Source: a virus
Length of the DNA: 64,000 bases
IMG/VR virus record: IMGVR_UViG_3300037470_001029
Location: 1-64,000 of that record
Strand: one strand, 5' to 3'
Both the position numbers and the translations under genes were made by a program. Under the pieces are notes generated by a model, which was not told the origin of the DNA, ran no database searches, and worked only from the letters and a program-made list of their open reading frames with translations. Of the stretch, positions 17,984 to 27,138 are shown piece by piece; positions within the stretch are counted from its first letter, which is position 1; the number at the start of each line of letters is the position of its first letter.

Positions 17984-19264
17984 TTACGCCGCCGCGGAAT
18001 CCTGCACGGTCAAAATGGTCTTGTCCCACGCGAGCGCCGCATCGCCATCGCCGTTGATCTCGGCGGTGAACGGGTAGGTGCGCATGATCGCCTTCAGCCC
18101 GTCGTCCGGCGTGTCGCCCATCAGGGCGATCTTGCCGAGCGTGAACGCCATGAAGTCCGCCGTCGCGCTCGTGTCGACCGCGGCGACCACGGCGAGGCTC
18201 ACCTTGGTGCCGGCGTCGAAGATCGCCTGCAGGACCGTGTCGTCGAACATCGCGGTGAACGATCCGTTCACCTTGACGTTGCCGTGGTTGAAGTCCGGCG
18301 AGGCCGGGTTGCCGATGGAAGCGCCCACCGGGGTCAGGCTGCGGTCGACGGACAGCGACAGGCCGGTCACGTGCTCGACCAGAACACCGTTGATGTAGAT
18401 CGCGCCGTTGACGGCCTGCGAAACGCCGGTCGTCGTCTCGGCCGCCGGGGTAGTGAGCACCTGCGAACTGCCGAGCGTGCGAACCCCGAGCCCTACCAGG
18501 TCGAACGCGACCCCCGACGCGCCCGCGGCCGGGATCGAGAAGTCGATCTTGTTGGACTTGATGTCCGGGAACAGCTCGCTGCGCGCCTTGTCGCTGTACC
18601 ACTCTTCCCAGGTGAAGAAGTCGTTCGTGTGCGCCGTGAGCGGGGCGAGCGAGATCTTGCCGACGACGGTGAACGTGACTGAGCCGGTCTCCGGGGCCTT
18701 CGGCGCGACTGCGGTGCCGTCCAGGAACTTGCCGGTCATGTCGCCGGCGGTCAGCGCCGTGATCCAGAAGTTGCGGTCGTTGTTCGCCGTCGCCGTGGTG
18801 GTGAAGCCTGTCCAGCGCCCGACCATCCCGACCTTGAGCCCTGCGGCGAGGAACCCGGCAGAGCCATCGACGAACTGCGGCCCCGCAGCCTGCGACGTGA
18901 TGTCGGTCCCGGCGACCAGCGGCGTCACCGCCGCGAAATCGGCCATCAGCACAGAGGCGATGATCGGCGAATAGGTGCCGGCCGAGAGCAGGCAATCGAG
19001 CTTGAGCCCGGTGTCCTTCTGCCCGAACACCACGCCGGTATCCTGGCGGTGGCTCACGATCTCGTCGAGGGTCGTCGACTGGCGCGTCGCGGTGGCGACC
19101 GACGTGCGACGGCGGACGATCTGCCCTCCGGCGCCGGACTCCGGCACGCCCAGGCCACCGGCCTGTTTCTTGAAAACCGTCTGCTTGTAGAGGCCCTGCG
19201 CGGGCGACAAACCGAGGAGGAGCCCCGCGCGCTGGAGATACTGAACGATCAACTTGAGTTTCAT
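17984..19264 (-). CDS. major tail tube protein (with N-terminal leader)
   Basis: 426 aa upstream of chaperones; FTWEEWYSD, GSFTAMFDD; AAGGAG RBS. Confidence 0.8.
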   Translation of the reverse strand: MKLKLIVQYLQRAGLLLGLSPAQGLYKQTVFKKQAGGLGVPESGAGGQIVRRRTSVATATRQSTTLDEIVSHRQDTGVVFGQKDTGLKLDCLLSAGTYSPIIASVLMADFAAVTPLVAGTDITSQAAGPQFVDGSAGFLAAGLKVGMVGRWTGFTTTATANNDRNFWITALTAGDMTGKFLDGTAVAPKAPETGSVTFTVVGKISLAPLTAHTNDFFTWEEWYSDKARSELFPDIKSNKIDFSIPAAGASGVAFDLVGLGVRTLGSSQVLTTPAAETTTGVSQAVNGAIYINGVLVEHVTGLSLSVDRSLTPVGASIGNPASPDFNHGNVKVNGSFTAMFDDTVLQAIFDAGTKVSLAVVAAVDTSATADFMAFTLGKIALMGDTPDDGLKAIMRTYPFTAEINGDGDAALAWDKTILTVQDSAAA

Positions 19265-19288
19265 TTGCGTGACTCCTTCGTCTTTGGT

Positions 19289-19654
19289 TTACTTTTCGGG
19301 CGTCGCGTTACGCCGCGCCACGTGCACTTCGCTCGGGTCTCCGCCGTCCGCCGCAGCGACTTGGGCCTCACCCTTGGCGATCTTCTCCCTGGCCGCCGCT
19401 GCCTTGGCCTCGTTCTCCTTGAGCAGCTTCTCGCCCGCGGCCCTGCGCTTGGCATGCACGCGGGCCTGCTCCGGCGTGGGCTCGACAGGAGAGTTCGCCT
19501 CGTCCGTCTTGACGAGCCGCTCGAACTCAGCCTTCTCCGCAGCCGGCGTGCCCTTCGGCCACAGTGCGGAGAATCCGCCCTTGTCGCTGAGCATGCCCTT
19601 GGCATTCTCGATCGTCGCCTCGGTTTTCTTGCCCTTTGCATCGAAGATCCACAT
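19289..19654 (-). CDS. hypothetical protein
   Basis: 121 aa, AAGGAG RBS. Confidence 0.6.
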   Translation of the reverse strand: MWIFDAKGKKTEATIENAKGMLSDKGGFSALWPKGTPAAEKAEFERLVKTDEANSPVEPTPEQARVHAKRRAAGEKLLKENEAKAAAAREKIAKGEAQVAAADGGDPSEVHVARRNATPEK

Positions 19655-19676
19655 GGCCGTCTCCTTCGTTGGAAAA

Positions 19677-20081
19677 TTAAGCTACCCAGGCGTGAAAAGG
19701 AACCCTTACGACGAGCGACCATCGGTCGCCGTCAGGGACGCCGTTGCCTACCTCGGCAGGCTTGTTAATAGAAGTGTTGATCCCCGAATGCGTCAGCGTC
19801 AACGCCTTCGGGAACCAGTCGCCGATCGCCTTTGCGCGGGCCGCGGCGTTGATCGAGCCCTGGTTCTGCGGGTACATCAGCGTCACCTGCAGGTAGCCTT
19901 GCTCGAACCGGCCCTTGCCCCATTCCGCGTTGTCGGGGCGCGCGAACAGGACGTGCGACTTCTGGTAAGGAACCGTTACCGCCGGCGGCGCGAAGGAGAC
20001 GTTCTCCCACGCGGTAGCCAGCGACGGCGCCATCGCGTTCAGGCGGTTTTCGAGCGCGGAGCGGACGGCGGCCTGGCTCAT
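19677..20081 (-). CDS. tail terminator-like protein (DUF4128-like)
   Basis: Start ATG 20081; AWENVSFAPP...GYLQVTLMYP. Confidence 0.75.
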   Translation of the reverse strand: MSQAAVRSALENRLNAMAPSLATAWENVSFAPPAVTVPYQKSHVLFARPDNAEWGKGRFEQGYLQVTLMYPQNQGSINAAARAKAIGDWFPKALTLTHSGINTSINKPAEVGNGVPDGDRWSLVVRVPFHAWVA

Positions 20082-20551
20082 GCCAGTCCTTGCGCGGCGC
20101 CGGCGACAATCTGCTGGAACTCGATCACAGTAATGTGCACCATGCCGGCCGGCGCCTGCGTAGACCACCCGTCCTCGAGCCTTTGCCCGTAAGGCAAGTT
20201 GTTCGTGATGATGAAATTGCCGCCGGCGACCCTCTCAGGGATCGCGCCGATTATCCTCATCGTCGAGACGTTGCTCTCTGCCGGGCTCGGGTCGATGTCG
20301 GGCAGCTCGTTCGACGGCACCGAGTTGTTCCCCCCCTGCCAGTTCGCGCGGAACCTGCCGCCGACGTAGCCGGGAGGGGGCGGAGACTTCCACAAGTCGC
20401 CGTCTCCGACCGGCGAGAGCTCTACCAGCCGCGTGCCGACGTCGATGATCGTCTTGCGCACCGCGGTGTCCGCGTTCTTCCCCGCCTTGGCGGCGAACGC
20501 CGCGAGCTGAAGGCTGAACGAGTCGGACCGGTTGTAGTAGCCGCGAGCCAT
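20078..20551 (-). CDS. HK97 gp10-like neck protein
   Basis: SPV...GRFRANW...NNLPYGQRLEDGWSTQAPAGMV. Confidence 0.8.
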   Translation of the reverse strand: MARGYYNRSDSFSLQLAAFAAKAGKNADTAVRKTIIDVGTRLVELSPVGDGDLWKSPPPPGYVGGRFRANWQGGNNSVPSNELPDIDPSPAESNVSTMRIIGAIPERVAGGNFIITNNLPYGQRLEDGWSTQAPAGMVHITVIEFQQIVAGAAQGLA

Positions 20552-20874
20552 TATCTCCGCTTCTTCTTGAAGATAGACGACGACTTCTTCTTGGACATCG
20601 GTCCGGTGGCAGGCAAATGCAGCGCCCCGCGGGTAAGCGGATTCGGGCGACGCAGGTCGGGCACGCCGGGACCACGCGTGATTGGATTCGGTCTGCGCAG
20701 GTCAGGCACTCCAGGGCCGCGTCGGATGGGGTTTGGACGCCGCAGGTCAGGAATCCCGGCCCCTCGCGTTATGGGGTTTGGCCGGCGAAGGTCCGGCACC
20801 CCGCGACCGCGGCTCAGCGGATTCCGTTGCCGCGCTACCTTTGCCGCCCTTCTTGCCGCTTCGCTCCAAGCCAT
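20551..20874 (-). CDS. MAWS(D/E)AAR-family basic protein with 15-aa tandem repeats
   Basis: Start ATG 20874 (CAGGAG RBS); MAWSEAARRAA then NPxxRGxGxPDLRRP repeats; Lys-rich tail. Confidence 0.7.
   Translation of the reverse strand: MAWSEAARRAAKVARQRNPLSRGRGVPDLRRPNPITRGAGIPDLRRPNPIRRGPGVPDLRRPNPITRGPGVPDLRRPNPLTRGALHLPATGPMSKKKSSSIFKKKRR
20626..20823 (-). repeat. 45-bp / 15-aa coding tandem repeat, about 4.4 copies
   Basis: NPLSRGRGVPDLRRP NPITRGAGIPDLRRP NPIRRGPGVPDLRRP NPITRGPGVPDLRRP NPLTRG. Confidence 0.9.
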
Positions 20875-20935
20875 GTCGATCTCCTGTGGTTCTTGCGCGC
20901 CCAATAAAAAGGCGGTCATGAATATGGAAAGCATT

Positions 20936-21304
20936 TCATTTTCTCAAATGAAGCATGTACAGCACCACGGTTCCTGCGGGGTTCGTCTCTCCGATTCCCT
21001 TAATCACGTAGACCGCGCCGTCGGCGAGGATGATCAGATCCTCGAGCCCTGGCACGATGCCCTTTTCCATCAGCAACTTCTTGTCGCCGACGAGGATTAA
21101 CCCGCCCGGGCCATTCTCCTGTCCTGCCCTGAAGTCGAACAGCGCTGCCTTGCGCGCTACATCCACCGGCCCGCCACCGGTCATCCCACCCGTGTCCGGG
21201 TCGTAGGTGCCAGGCGCGTTATTGCGCAGCGTCACAACCTGACCGAATTCCTCTAGCAGATCGGCGGAAACAACGGCAAGTTCGTCGTAGAGAGGATTCG
21301 TCAT
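20936..21304 (-). CDS. head closure protein
   Basis: LLEEFGQVVTL...YDPDTG...GDKKLL...NPAGTVVLY. Confidence 0.75.
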   Translation of the reverse strand: MTNPLYDELAVVSADLLEEFGQVVTLRNNAPGTYDPDTGGMTGGGPVDVARKAALFDFRAGQENGPGGLILVGDKKLLMEKGIVPGLEDLIILADGAVYVIKGIGETNPAGTVVLYMLHLRK

Positions 21305-21828
21305 GCGCGTGCCACCCGCATATTAAGGGCGCTGCCGGTCAGGTAAGGCGAGAGCATTGCATCGATCGCCCTAAAACGCGGATATTCGCTCGAAGCCGGG
21401 TCGTAGGTCACACTGATTTCTCCGACGCGCACAGAAGACTTCGAGCGCGTCAGATCTGGGGAAAGCTCACCGGCCGCGGCGCGCAGCGCCAGCTCGGCGC
21501 AGGCGTTCTTGACCTCGGCAGGCACGATGTTGTCGGCAACGAGGTAAGGTTGCTCGCCGACGCCGCCCTGGATGAACGGCTCTAAGTAGACGTAAGCCCT
21601 AGGCCAATCGAGGGCCTGCGTAGCATCCTTGCGGAACCCTTTCCAGCGACCGCGGAACATCTGCAACATGTAGTCAGTCGCGCGGCGCAGTGCTTGCTCC
21701 ATCTGCGCCTCGGTAAGCAGTGCCCACGTCGATGCGCCGCGCGCCGCGTGGTATGCGGAGACGTCGGCGACCGAGACGTAGCTCTCGGCGTTCGCCTTCG
21801 CGGTGCCGTCTTCGACTTCGAGGCTCAT
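21301..21828 (-). CDS. head-tail adaptor (DnaT-like annotated family)
   Basis: VEDGTAKANAESYVSVAD...QALDWPR...VKNACAELAL. Confidence 0.8.
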   Translation of the reverse strand: MSLEVEDGTAKANAESYVSVADVSAYHAARGASTWALLTEAQMEQALRRATDYMLQMFRGRWKGFRKDATQALDWPRAYVYLEPFIQGGVGEQPYLVADNIVPAEVKNACAELALRAAAGELSPDLTRSKSSVRVGEISVTYDPASSEYPRFRAIDAMLSPYLTGSALNMRVARA

Positions 21829-23579
21829 GGATAGTCTCTCTGAATCGCAGCAAGCGGATATTGCGCACTTGTTCCGGTGAGCGGGAATTTATCTGATGGC
21901 ACAACACCGATCAGTGGGTACCTATGGCTAGCAGGCACCAGAGCGATGCACTGATCAGTCGCATTGCACGCCTCGTCGACCGAGGCAGCAATGGTCCCTG
22001 GAGGCAGGTCGATCTCGCCGGACAACAGATCGAGCGCGGAGCCTGCCTCGACGGTGATCCCCAAGGTGAGTCGAGAACCACTTGGGGTGTCGATGCAGGT
22101 TGCCGGTTCGGTGACCGAAGCAAGAAGGGTCCCCGTGGCCGCAGGCGCATCCGTACCGCTAGCCGCTTCCGCAACCGCGGCGTCGGCGTCCCTGGAGGCG
22201 CTTGGCGACTCGGATGCGGACGACGCCTCCGCGGTGGCCACAAAATGGGCCTCGTTCAGCCACCCGGGCTCGTCCACGGCTGTCGCCGCTTCAAAGGCCC
22301 CGGAATTCAGGCTCGCTGCTGCGCCAGGAGCATCCGTGGCCGCCGCAGGCTCGTTCACCGCAGCTACGCCCGCCACAAACGACTGTGGGGAATCCATGGC
22401 CGCTGCGGGCTCGCCCACATCGGCTTGGAACGTGGCGATGGCAGACGGCGAATCGGTGGCGGCCGCAAGTTCGTCGCCGGCCGCGGTGATGCCACCCAAG
22501 ATAGCGCTCGGGTCGTCGGTCGCCGCGGCGCTCTCGGTCTGCTCGACCTGCCTCGAGGCAAAGGACTCCGGCGCATCGGTGACAGACGCGGACTCGGCCT
22601 GAGCAGCTTCCCGTAAGGCCTGACTTGTCGGATCGTCGGTCGCAACTGCCGATTCAGTCGTGTCCGCGACGGCGGAGGTCTGGGCGCTCGAGGAGTCAGC
22701 CGAAGCACCCGTCTCTCCCGTCGCCGCGGCATGCACGACCACCGCGCTGGGGGAATCTGCGGCAGACGAAGTCTCCGTTGTATCGCCTGCAACCGCGCCT
22801 CCTCCTGCCTCGATGGAAGCATCCAAGCTGTCAGCAGCAGAGGCCGACTCGTCTGCCGCCGAGTTCAGGGTAGACGCGCCGCTTGGGGAGTCAGTTGCGC
22901 TCGCCGCCTCGCTACTGTCGGCATCGATCGCCGGATCTGTCCAGGTAAGGACCACGATCCCGGCGGCGCCAGCGCCGCCGATCTTGTTCGCCGCCTGGTT
23001 TGTGTTCCCTCCTGAGCCTGCGCCGCCGTAGATGCTGCCAGCCGTGCCTACGACTCGGACCGCTACGCCTGCGCCAGAGGCCCCGCTGTAGCTGTTGCCG
23101 TCGAGGAAGGCGCTCGTCTCTGGCGTGCCTGCCGTGTCGGCCGAAGCCGCACCACCGACACCGCCAGGCCCTGCCGCGCCGCCGCCTGCCCCAGAGACGG
23201 TGTTCGTCCCGGTCGCGTTCCCGCCGTTCCCGCCCGCAAAGGTGACGTCACCGGTATTCGCCCCGACTAGGGCCGAGGCGCCAGTCGCGCTGTTCGCGGC
23301 AACTGTTGCACCGCCAGCGGCCGACAGGACGGTTGATGCGCCCTGCACTACCGTGGATGCTGCTGCCGCCCCGCCGACCGTGATGTCGAGAGTGCTCTCG
23401 CCGCCTTTGGTAATGGCGACCTTCGCGTAGCTGCCGCCCTTGCCGCCCCCGCAGTTCGCGGGGTTGTTCGTGGCATCTCCACCCGCACCGCCGCCCCCCA
23501 ACGCCTCGGCGGTGAGTTGTGTGACGCCGGCAGGCCACGCCCACGCGGCGTCAGATGCGGTGAGGACGGCAGAGCCCAA
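21825..23579 (-). CDS. virion-associated protein: Gly-rich N-domain plus acidic repeats
   Basis: WPAGVT...GGGGAGG domain, then about 16 ExAxAxD-S/A-P repeats of ~21-22 aa period. Confidence 0.65.
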   Translation of the reverse strand: MGSAVLTASDAAWAWPAGVTQLTAEALGGGGAGGDATNNPANCGGGKGGSYAKVAITKGGESTLDITVGGAAAASTVVQGASTVLSAAGGATVAANSATGASALVGANTGDVTFAGGNGGNATGTNTVSGAGGGAAGPGGVGGAASADTAGTPETSAFLDGNSYSGASGAGVAVRVVGTAGSIYGGAGSGGNTNQAANKIGGAGAAGIVVLTWTDPAIDADSSEAASATDSPSGASTLNSAADESASAADSLDASIEAGGGAVAGDTTETSSAADSPSAVVVHAAATGETGASADSSSAQTSAVADTTESAVATDDPTSQALREAAQAESASVTDAPESFASRQVEQTESAAATDDPSAILGGITAAGDELAAATDSPSAIATFQADVGEPAAAMDSPQSFVAGVAAVNEPAAATDAPGAAASLNSGAFEAATAVDEPGWLNEAHFVATAEASSASESPSASRDADAAVAEAASGTDAPAATGTLLASVTEPATCIDTPSGSRLTLGITVEAGSALDLLSGEIDLPPGTIAASVDEACNATDQCIALVPASHRYPLIGVVPSDKFPLTGTSAQYPLAAIQRDYP

Positions 23580-23582
23580 CGC

Positions 23583-23762
23583 TTACTCCTCGACCGACTC
23601 GACCTGGTCCTCGGTGAACGACCTCTCCTGCCCGTCCTCGGTCTTGACGATCACGCCGACCTCGCCGGTTTCCTGGTTGAACACGAAGCGCTCGATCACA
23701 CCCTCAACCGGCGCTGGGAGGACTTGGCGAACCGCGTCGCCCTTCTTGAACTTCGTTGCCAT
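23583..23762 (-). CDS. small hypothetical protein (59 aa, SH3/KOW-like)
   Basis: Not in ORF track; AAGGAG RBS; MATKFKKGDAVRQVLPAPVEGVIERF...ERSFTEDQVESVEE*. Confidence 0.7.
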   Translation of the reverse strand: MATKFKKGDAVRQVLPAPVEGVIERFVFNQETGEVGVIVKTEDGQERSFTEDQVESVEE

Positions 23763-23773
23763 GTGCCTTCTCC

Positions 23774-24496
23774 TTACAGCGAGGAGCTGTAGCTGACGTT
23801 GAGGGTATCGGAGACGTCCACGACCTTGTCACCGCCGGTGAACACGCCGGCCGACCAGAGCTTGCCGTTCACGTCGGCGATGGTCGAGAGGGCGCCGGTG
23901 CCGAAGATGATGAAGCAGCCCTTGACCGTGCCGCCTGTGGTGATGATCGGGAACGACAGCGCAGCCGAAAGAGCCTTCGACTTCGCCGCCGCTGCCGACC
24001 ACGCGCACGTCTTGCGCGGTGTGGTATACAGCGGGAAGTTCGTCGAGGACCCGGCCTCCTTCCAGCCGTTCGTGCCGTTGATCTGCGCGGCGGTGTCACC
24101 GATCGCCGTGGTCGTATAGCTGACCGAGCTGATCAGCCCCATGTAGGGGCCGACGACGGTGTAAGCAGAACCCGCGAGGAACGTATCCAGCGCGAGGTTC
24201 GCGCCCTCGGTCGTCACGTGGTTCGGTGCCTCGCCGCGCCACTTCTCCTCGAGCGGGATCTCCGCGAGCGCCTTCCGAAGGGAGCGAGCGCGCAAGACCA
24301 GCGAGCCAGGCTTGAAGCAGAGCAGCTCGTCGTTGATCTCGGTATACTCGCGGCGGAGATGTTCGACCGGACCAACGTTGACGGCGCGGAATATCCCGAC
24401 GGCCTTCGCAGCCTCGACGACGACCAGGTTCTTGGAAATTCCTGCGAGAGCAGAGGATCGACCATTTGCCCTTTCGTTCGTTTCCTTGCGTTCCAT
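23774..24496 (-). CDS. virion structural protein
   Basis: NHVTTEGANLALD...GDKVVDVSDTLNVSY; AAGGAG RBS. Confidence 0.6.
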   Translation of the reverse strand: MERKETNERANGRSSALAGISKNLVVVEAAKAVGIFRAVNVGPVEHLRREYTEINDELLCFKPGSLVLRARSLRKALAEIPLEEKWRGEAPNHVTTEGANLALDTFLAGSAYTVVGPYMGLISSVSYTTTAIGDTAAQINGTNGWKEAGSSTNFPLYTTPRKTCAWSAAAAKSKALSAALSFPIITTGGTVKGCFIIFGTGALSTIADVNGKLWSAGVFTGGDKVVDVSDTLNVSYSSSL

Positions 24497-24510
24497 CTGC
24501 GTCTCCTTAG

Positions 24511-24553
24511 AAAGAGAAAAGGGGTTGGGCCGTTGCGCAGCCCAACCCCTTTG
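24511..24553 (-). terminator. intrinsic terminator after capsid cluster
   Basis: Minus strand GGGGTTGGGC-loop-GCCCAACCCC followed by TTTTCTCTTT. Confidence 0.75.
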
Positions 24554-24570
24554 GGCTTTTGATCGGCGGA

Positions 24571-25254
24571 CTAGCCTTTCTTGTCCGCCTTCTTCAGCTT
24601 TTTGATCAGCTCATCCTTGTTCTCGCCCTGCGTGTAATCCACGCCGGCGGCGTCAAGGCGCTCCTGCAGCTCGGACTTGGTCAGGGTCTCGAGGTCCTCG
24701 TCGGCGGGAGGAGCCGCGGTGCCCTTGCCGGCGCCCTTGCCCGACGCAGCCTTGGCTTCCTTCTCCTGGCGGGCCTTGAGTGCCTCGTTGGCGGCCGCGG
24801 CGTCCTTCTCGGCCTTGTCGGCATCGGCCTCGGCCTTCTCCGCGGCCTTTTCTTTCGCCGCGGCGTCGGCCTTCAGCTTCGCCAGGCTCGCGGGCGTCGC
24901 GGTAACGTTGACGCCGGGGTTGCCGCCGTTGGCGGCGAGCGCGGCGGCGCTGTCGGCGGCGGTGCGCGCAGCGACGGCGGCGGCGCGGGCCTTCATCGCC
25001 GGGTTCGTCTCGGCCATCTTCCGGTGGTCCTGGACTTCGGTCGAGGCGGCGTGCTGCTCGTACTGCGAGCGCATGTTCTCCTTGCGCCGCTCCTCTTCGG
25101 AGGCGCGGAGCACCTCGCCGGCGGTCTTGGCGGGCGGGTCGCCCTTGGCAGCGTTCGGGTCGTCGAACGTGTACTCGCCGGTCTCGACCATCTCTTTCGC
25201 GTCGACGGCTTCGTGGTGGGAGACGGCGCCGGTTTCCTTGTGGAAGACTTTCAT
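24571..25254 (-). CDS. Ala/Lys-rich protein with C-terminal HeH/LEM (Rho-N-like) domain
   Basis: DLETLTKSELQERLDAAGVDY...NKDELIKKL. Confidence 0.65.
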   Translation of the reverse strand: MKVFHKETGAVSHHEAVDAKEMVETGEYTFDDPNAAKGDPPAKTAGEVLRASEEERRKENMRSQYEQHAASTEVQDHRKMAETNPAMKARAAAVAARTAADSAAALAANGGNPGVNVTATPASLAKLKADAAAKEKAAEKAEADADKAEKDAAAANEALKARQEKEAKAASGKGAGKGTAAPPADEDLETLTKSELQERLDAAGVDYTQGENKDELIKKLKKADKKG

Positions 25255-25337
25255 GTTCTCTTACTCCTTCGGGTGTTCTCTTACGTTGGGAGGCCCCGCC
25301 GCCGGGCTTGGAAAGCCGAGCGGCGGGGAGGGCGGGA

Positions 25338-25841
25338 CTAGCGCTTCGCCAGGAAGGCGAGGTAGGTGATGCTGTTCGCCACGGCGCCGACGTTCACCGT
25401 GCGGATGCGCAGGTAGCGGAAGGTCGTGCCGCCCTTCTCGTTGCGCACCGGCATGATGTAGCGGCCGACGACGTCGTCGTAACCCTGGCCGTCCGCGACG
25501 TGGCGCGCCGACAGCGCCGCGCCGAGCGTGATGCTGCCCAGCGAGGCAATGTTGGCGGCCGTGCCGAAGGTGGCATCCGGAGAACCCTGGACGATGATCT
25601 CGTAGCTCTCGTCGGTCGTCACCACGTCGATCGCGGAGACGTCGACGACGAGGTCCATCGCGGCCAGCCCGTTGCCGATGTCGACGATCAGCGTGCCGTC
25701 CGCGGAGGCGGTGACCGCGGCCGACGCCTTGAGCAGCAGCGCGTTGTCGTAGGTCTTGCTGGAGTAGAGAGCGGAGAGCACCGTTCCCGTCCACGCCATG
25801 TAGGCGGCGATGCCCGCCAGGAAGTGCTTGATGCTTTTCAT
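25338..25841 (-). CDS. capsid cement/decoration protein (with N-terminal leader)
   Basis: Start ATG 25841 (GAAAGGA RBS); jelly-roll-like YDNALLLK...YEIIVQGS...RYLRI; directly after MCP. Confidence 0.7.
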   Translation of the reverse strand: MKSIKHFLAGIAAYMAWTGTVLSALYSSKTYDNALLLKASAAVTASADGTLIVDIGNGLAAMDLVVDVSAIDVVTTDESYEIIVQGSPDATFGTAANIASLGSITLGAALSARHVADGQGYDDVVGRYIMPVRNEKGGTTFRYLRIRTVNVGAVANSITYLAFLAKR

Positions 25842-25869
25842 GAGCTTTGTCCTTTCGGTGGGTGGCAGG

Positions 25870-26895
25870 TTACGCGACGACGGCGAGGTTGCCGATGTGG
25901 CGCAGGCGGGTGAGGGAGCGGCCGTTGTAGACGGCGAACCCGTTGTACCACTCGACGCGGGTCCGATACATCGGAGAAGCCTCCAGCTCGCCCAGGTCGC
26001 GCACGTCGACGCCGCCATTCTGGATGCCCTGGATCGCGCCATCGCCCATGCTCAGCACGTAGATCGACGTCGCCGTCGCGGTGCCGGAGGCCGCGGCCTC
26101 GTTGAAGCCGAGGATCGCCGCCTGCGTGTTGTCCAGGTCCACCGTCAGGATCGGCAGGTCGTTGTAGATGGTGATGCGCTTGCCGAAGGAGTCCTTGTCG
26201 TAGGTGATGAAGCCGCCGACGGTGTAGTTGCGCGCGGCCGCGGTGATGAGCCGGCGCATCGCCTTGCTCATCAGCAGGTGGGTCGGGTTCAGCGTCTGGT
26301 CGATCGCCTCATCGAGCTTGCCGAGCGAGAGCGCGGCGCCGTTGGCCGTCGAGCCTGCGCTGATCACCTGCGCTCCGGTGGCTCGCGTCTGCAGCCCGTC
26401 GAACTCGCGCGGATCGGTGGCGGTGTCGCCCTTGATGAACTTCTTCGTCCACGCCAGCGCCAGGGCGCGGACCTTCATGGCCTCGTGGGTGGAGCGCTGG
26501 GCCATGCCCATCGTGTCGACGATGAACTTGTCGACGTCGAGGTCGCCGCCGGCGATCACCAGCGACTCGGTGAGGGGATTCAGCACGCCGGTCGAGGGCG
26601 TGTAGGCCTCGTTCACCCCGCGGAAGCCGACGCCGGGCAGCGACTCTTCCCGGTTGTACTTCATCGCGTTGCCGGGGATCGTGTCGAAGGGCAGATTGGC
26701 GAGGATGTCGCTGGAGCCCGCGTAGAGCTCGATGATGGCCTGGCGGATCACGTCGCCGGTCTCGAGCTTCGCAGCCTCGACGAGAGTCAGGCCGCCGAGC
26801 ACGACGCCCTGGCGGTACATCAGGTTGTTGAGGAACGCGGAGAGCGCTGCGATGACCAGCATGACCGCGAGATGGAGTTTCTTGAGGGCAGCCAT
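25870..26895 (-). CDS. major capsid protein (with N-terminal leader)
   Basis: Start ATG 26895 (AAAGGAG RBS); LTLVEAAK...LPGVGFRGVNE...GGDLDVDKFI...EFDGL. Confidence 0.88.
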   Translation of the reverse strand: MAALKKLHLAVMLVIAALSAFLNNLMYRQGVVLGGLTLVEAAKLETGDVIRQAIIELYAGSSDILANLPFDTIPGNAMKYNREESLPGVGFRGVNEAYTPSTGVLNPLTESLVIAGGDLDVDKFIVDTMGMAQRSTHEAMKVRALALAWTKKFIKGDTATDPREFDGLQTRATGAQVISAGSTANGAALSLGKLDEAIDQTLNPTHLLMSKAMRRLITAAARNYTVGGFITYDKDSFGKRITIYNDLPILTVDLDNTQAAILGFNEAAASGTATATSIYVLSMGDGAIQGIQNGGVDVRDLGELEASPMYRTRVEWYNGFAVYNGRSLTRLRHIGNLAVVA

Positions 26896-27138
26896 GGAGG
26901 CTCCTTTCGAATCGGTTGAATGGGAAAATCGTTTGCCGCTCGCCCATCCCGGACGATTCGCCGAAGTCCCCGCATCCCGCGGATCTCCAAGCAACTTCTT
27001 TTCTGGGTTCGCAGGCCAAAGCACCTGTCCCAGATGCTTTGGCCTTGACCCCAGTGCGTCGGGAACTCCTAGGCTCTCCCGACCAAGCCTGAGCCGGCAG
27101 CATATACCTGCCGGAGCGGCGCTGTAACCCAGTGCCTT

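Noticed and set aside
20626-20823. 45-bp repeats as a mini-CRISPR
   Set aside because: Contiguous coding repeats with no unique spacers.
25294-25330. Hairpin after the cement gene as a terminator
   Set aside because: Strong stem but no U-tract on the transcribed strand.
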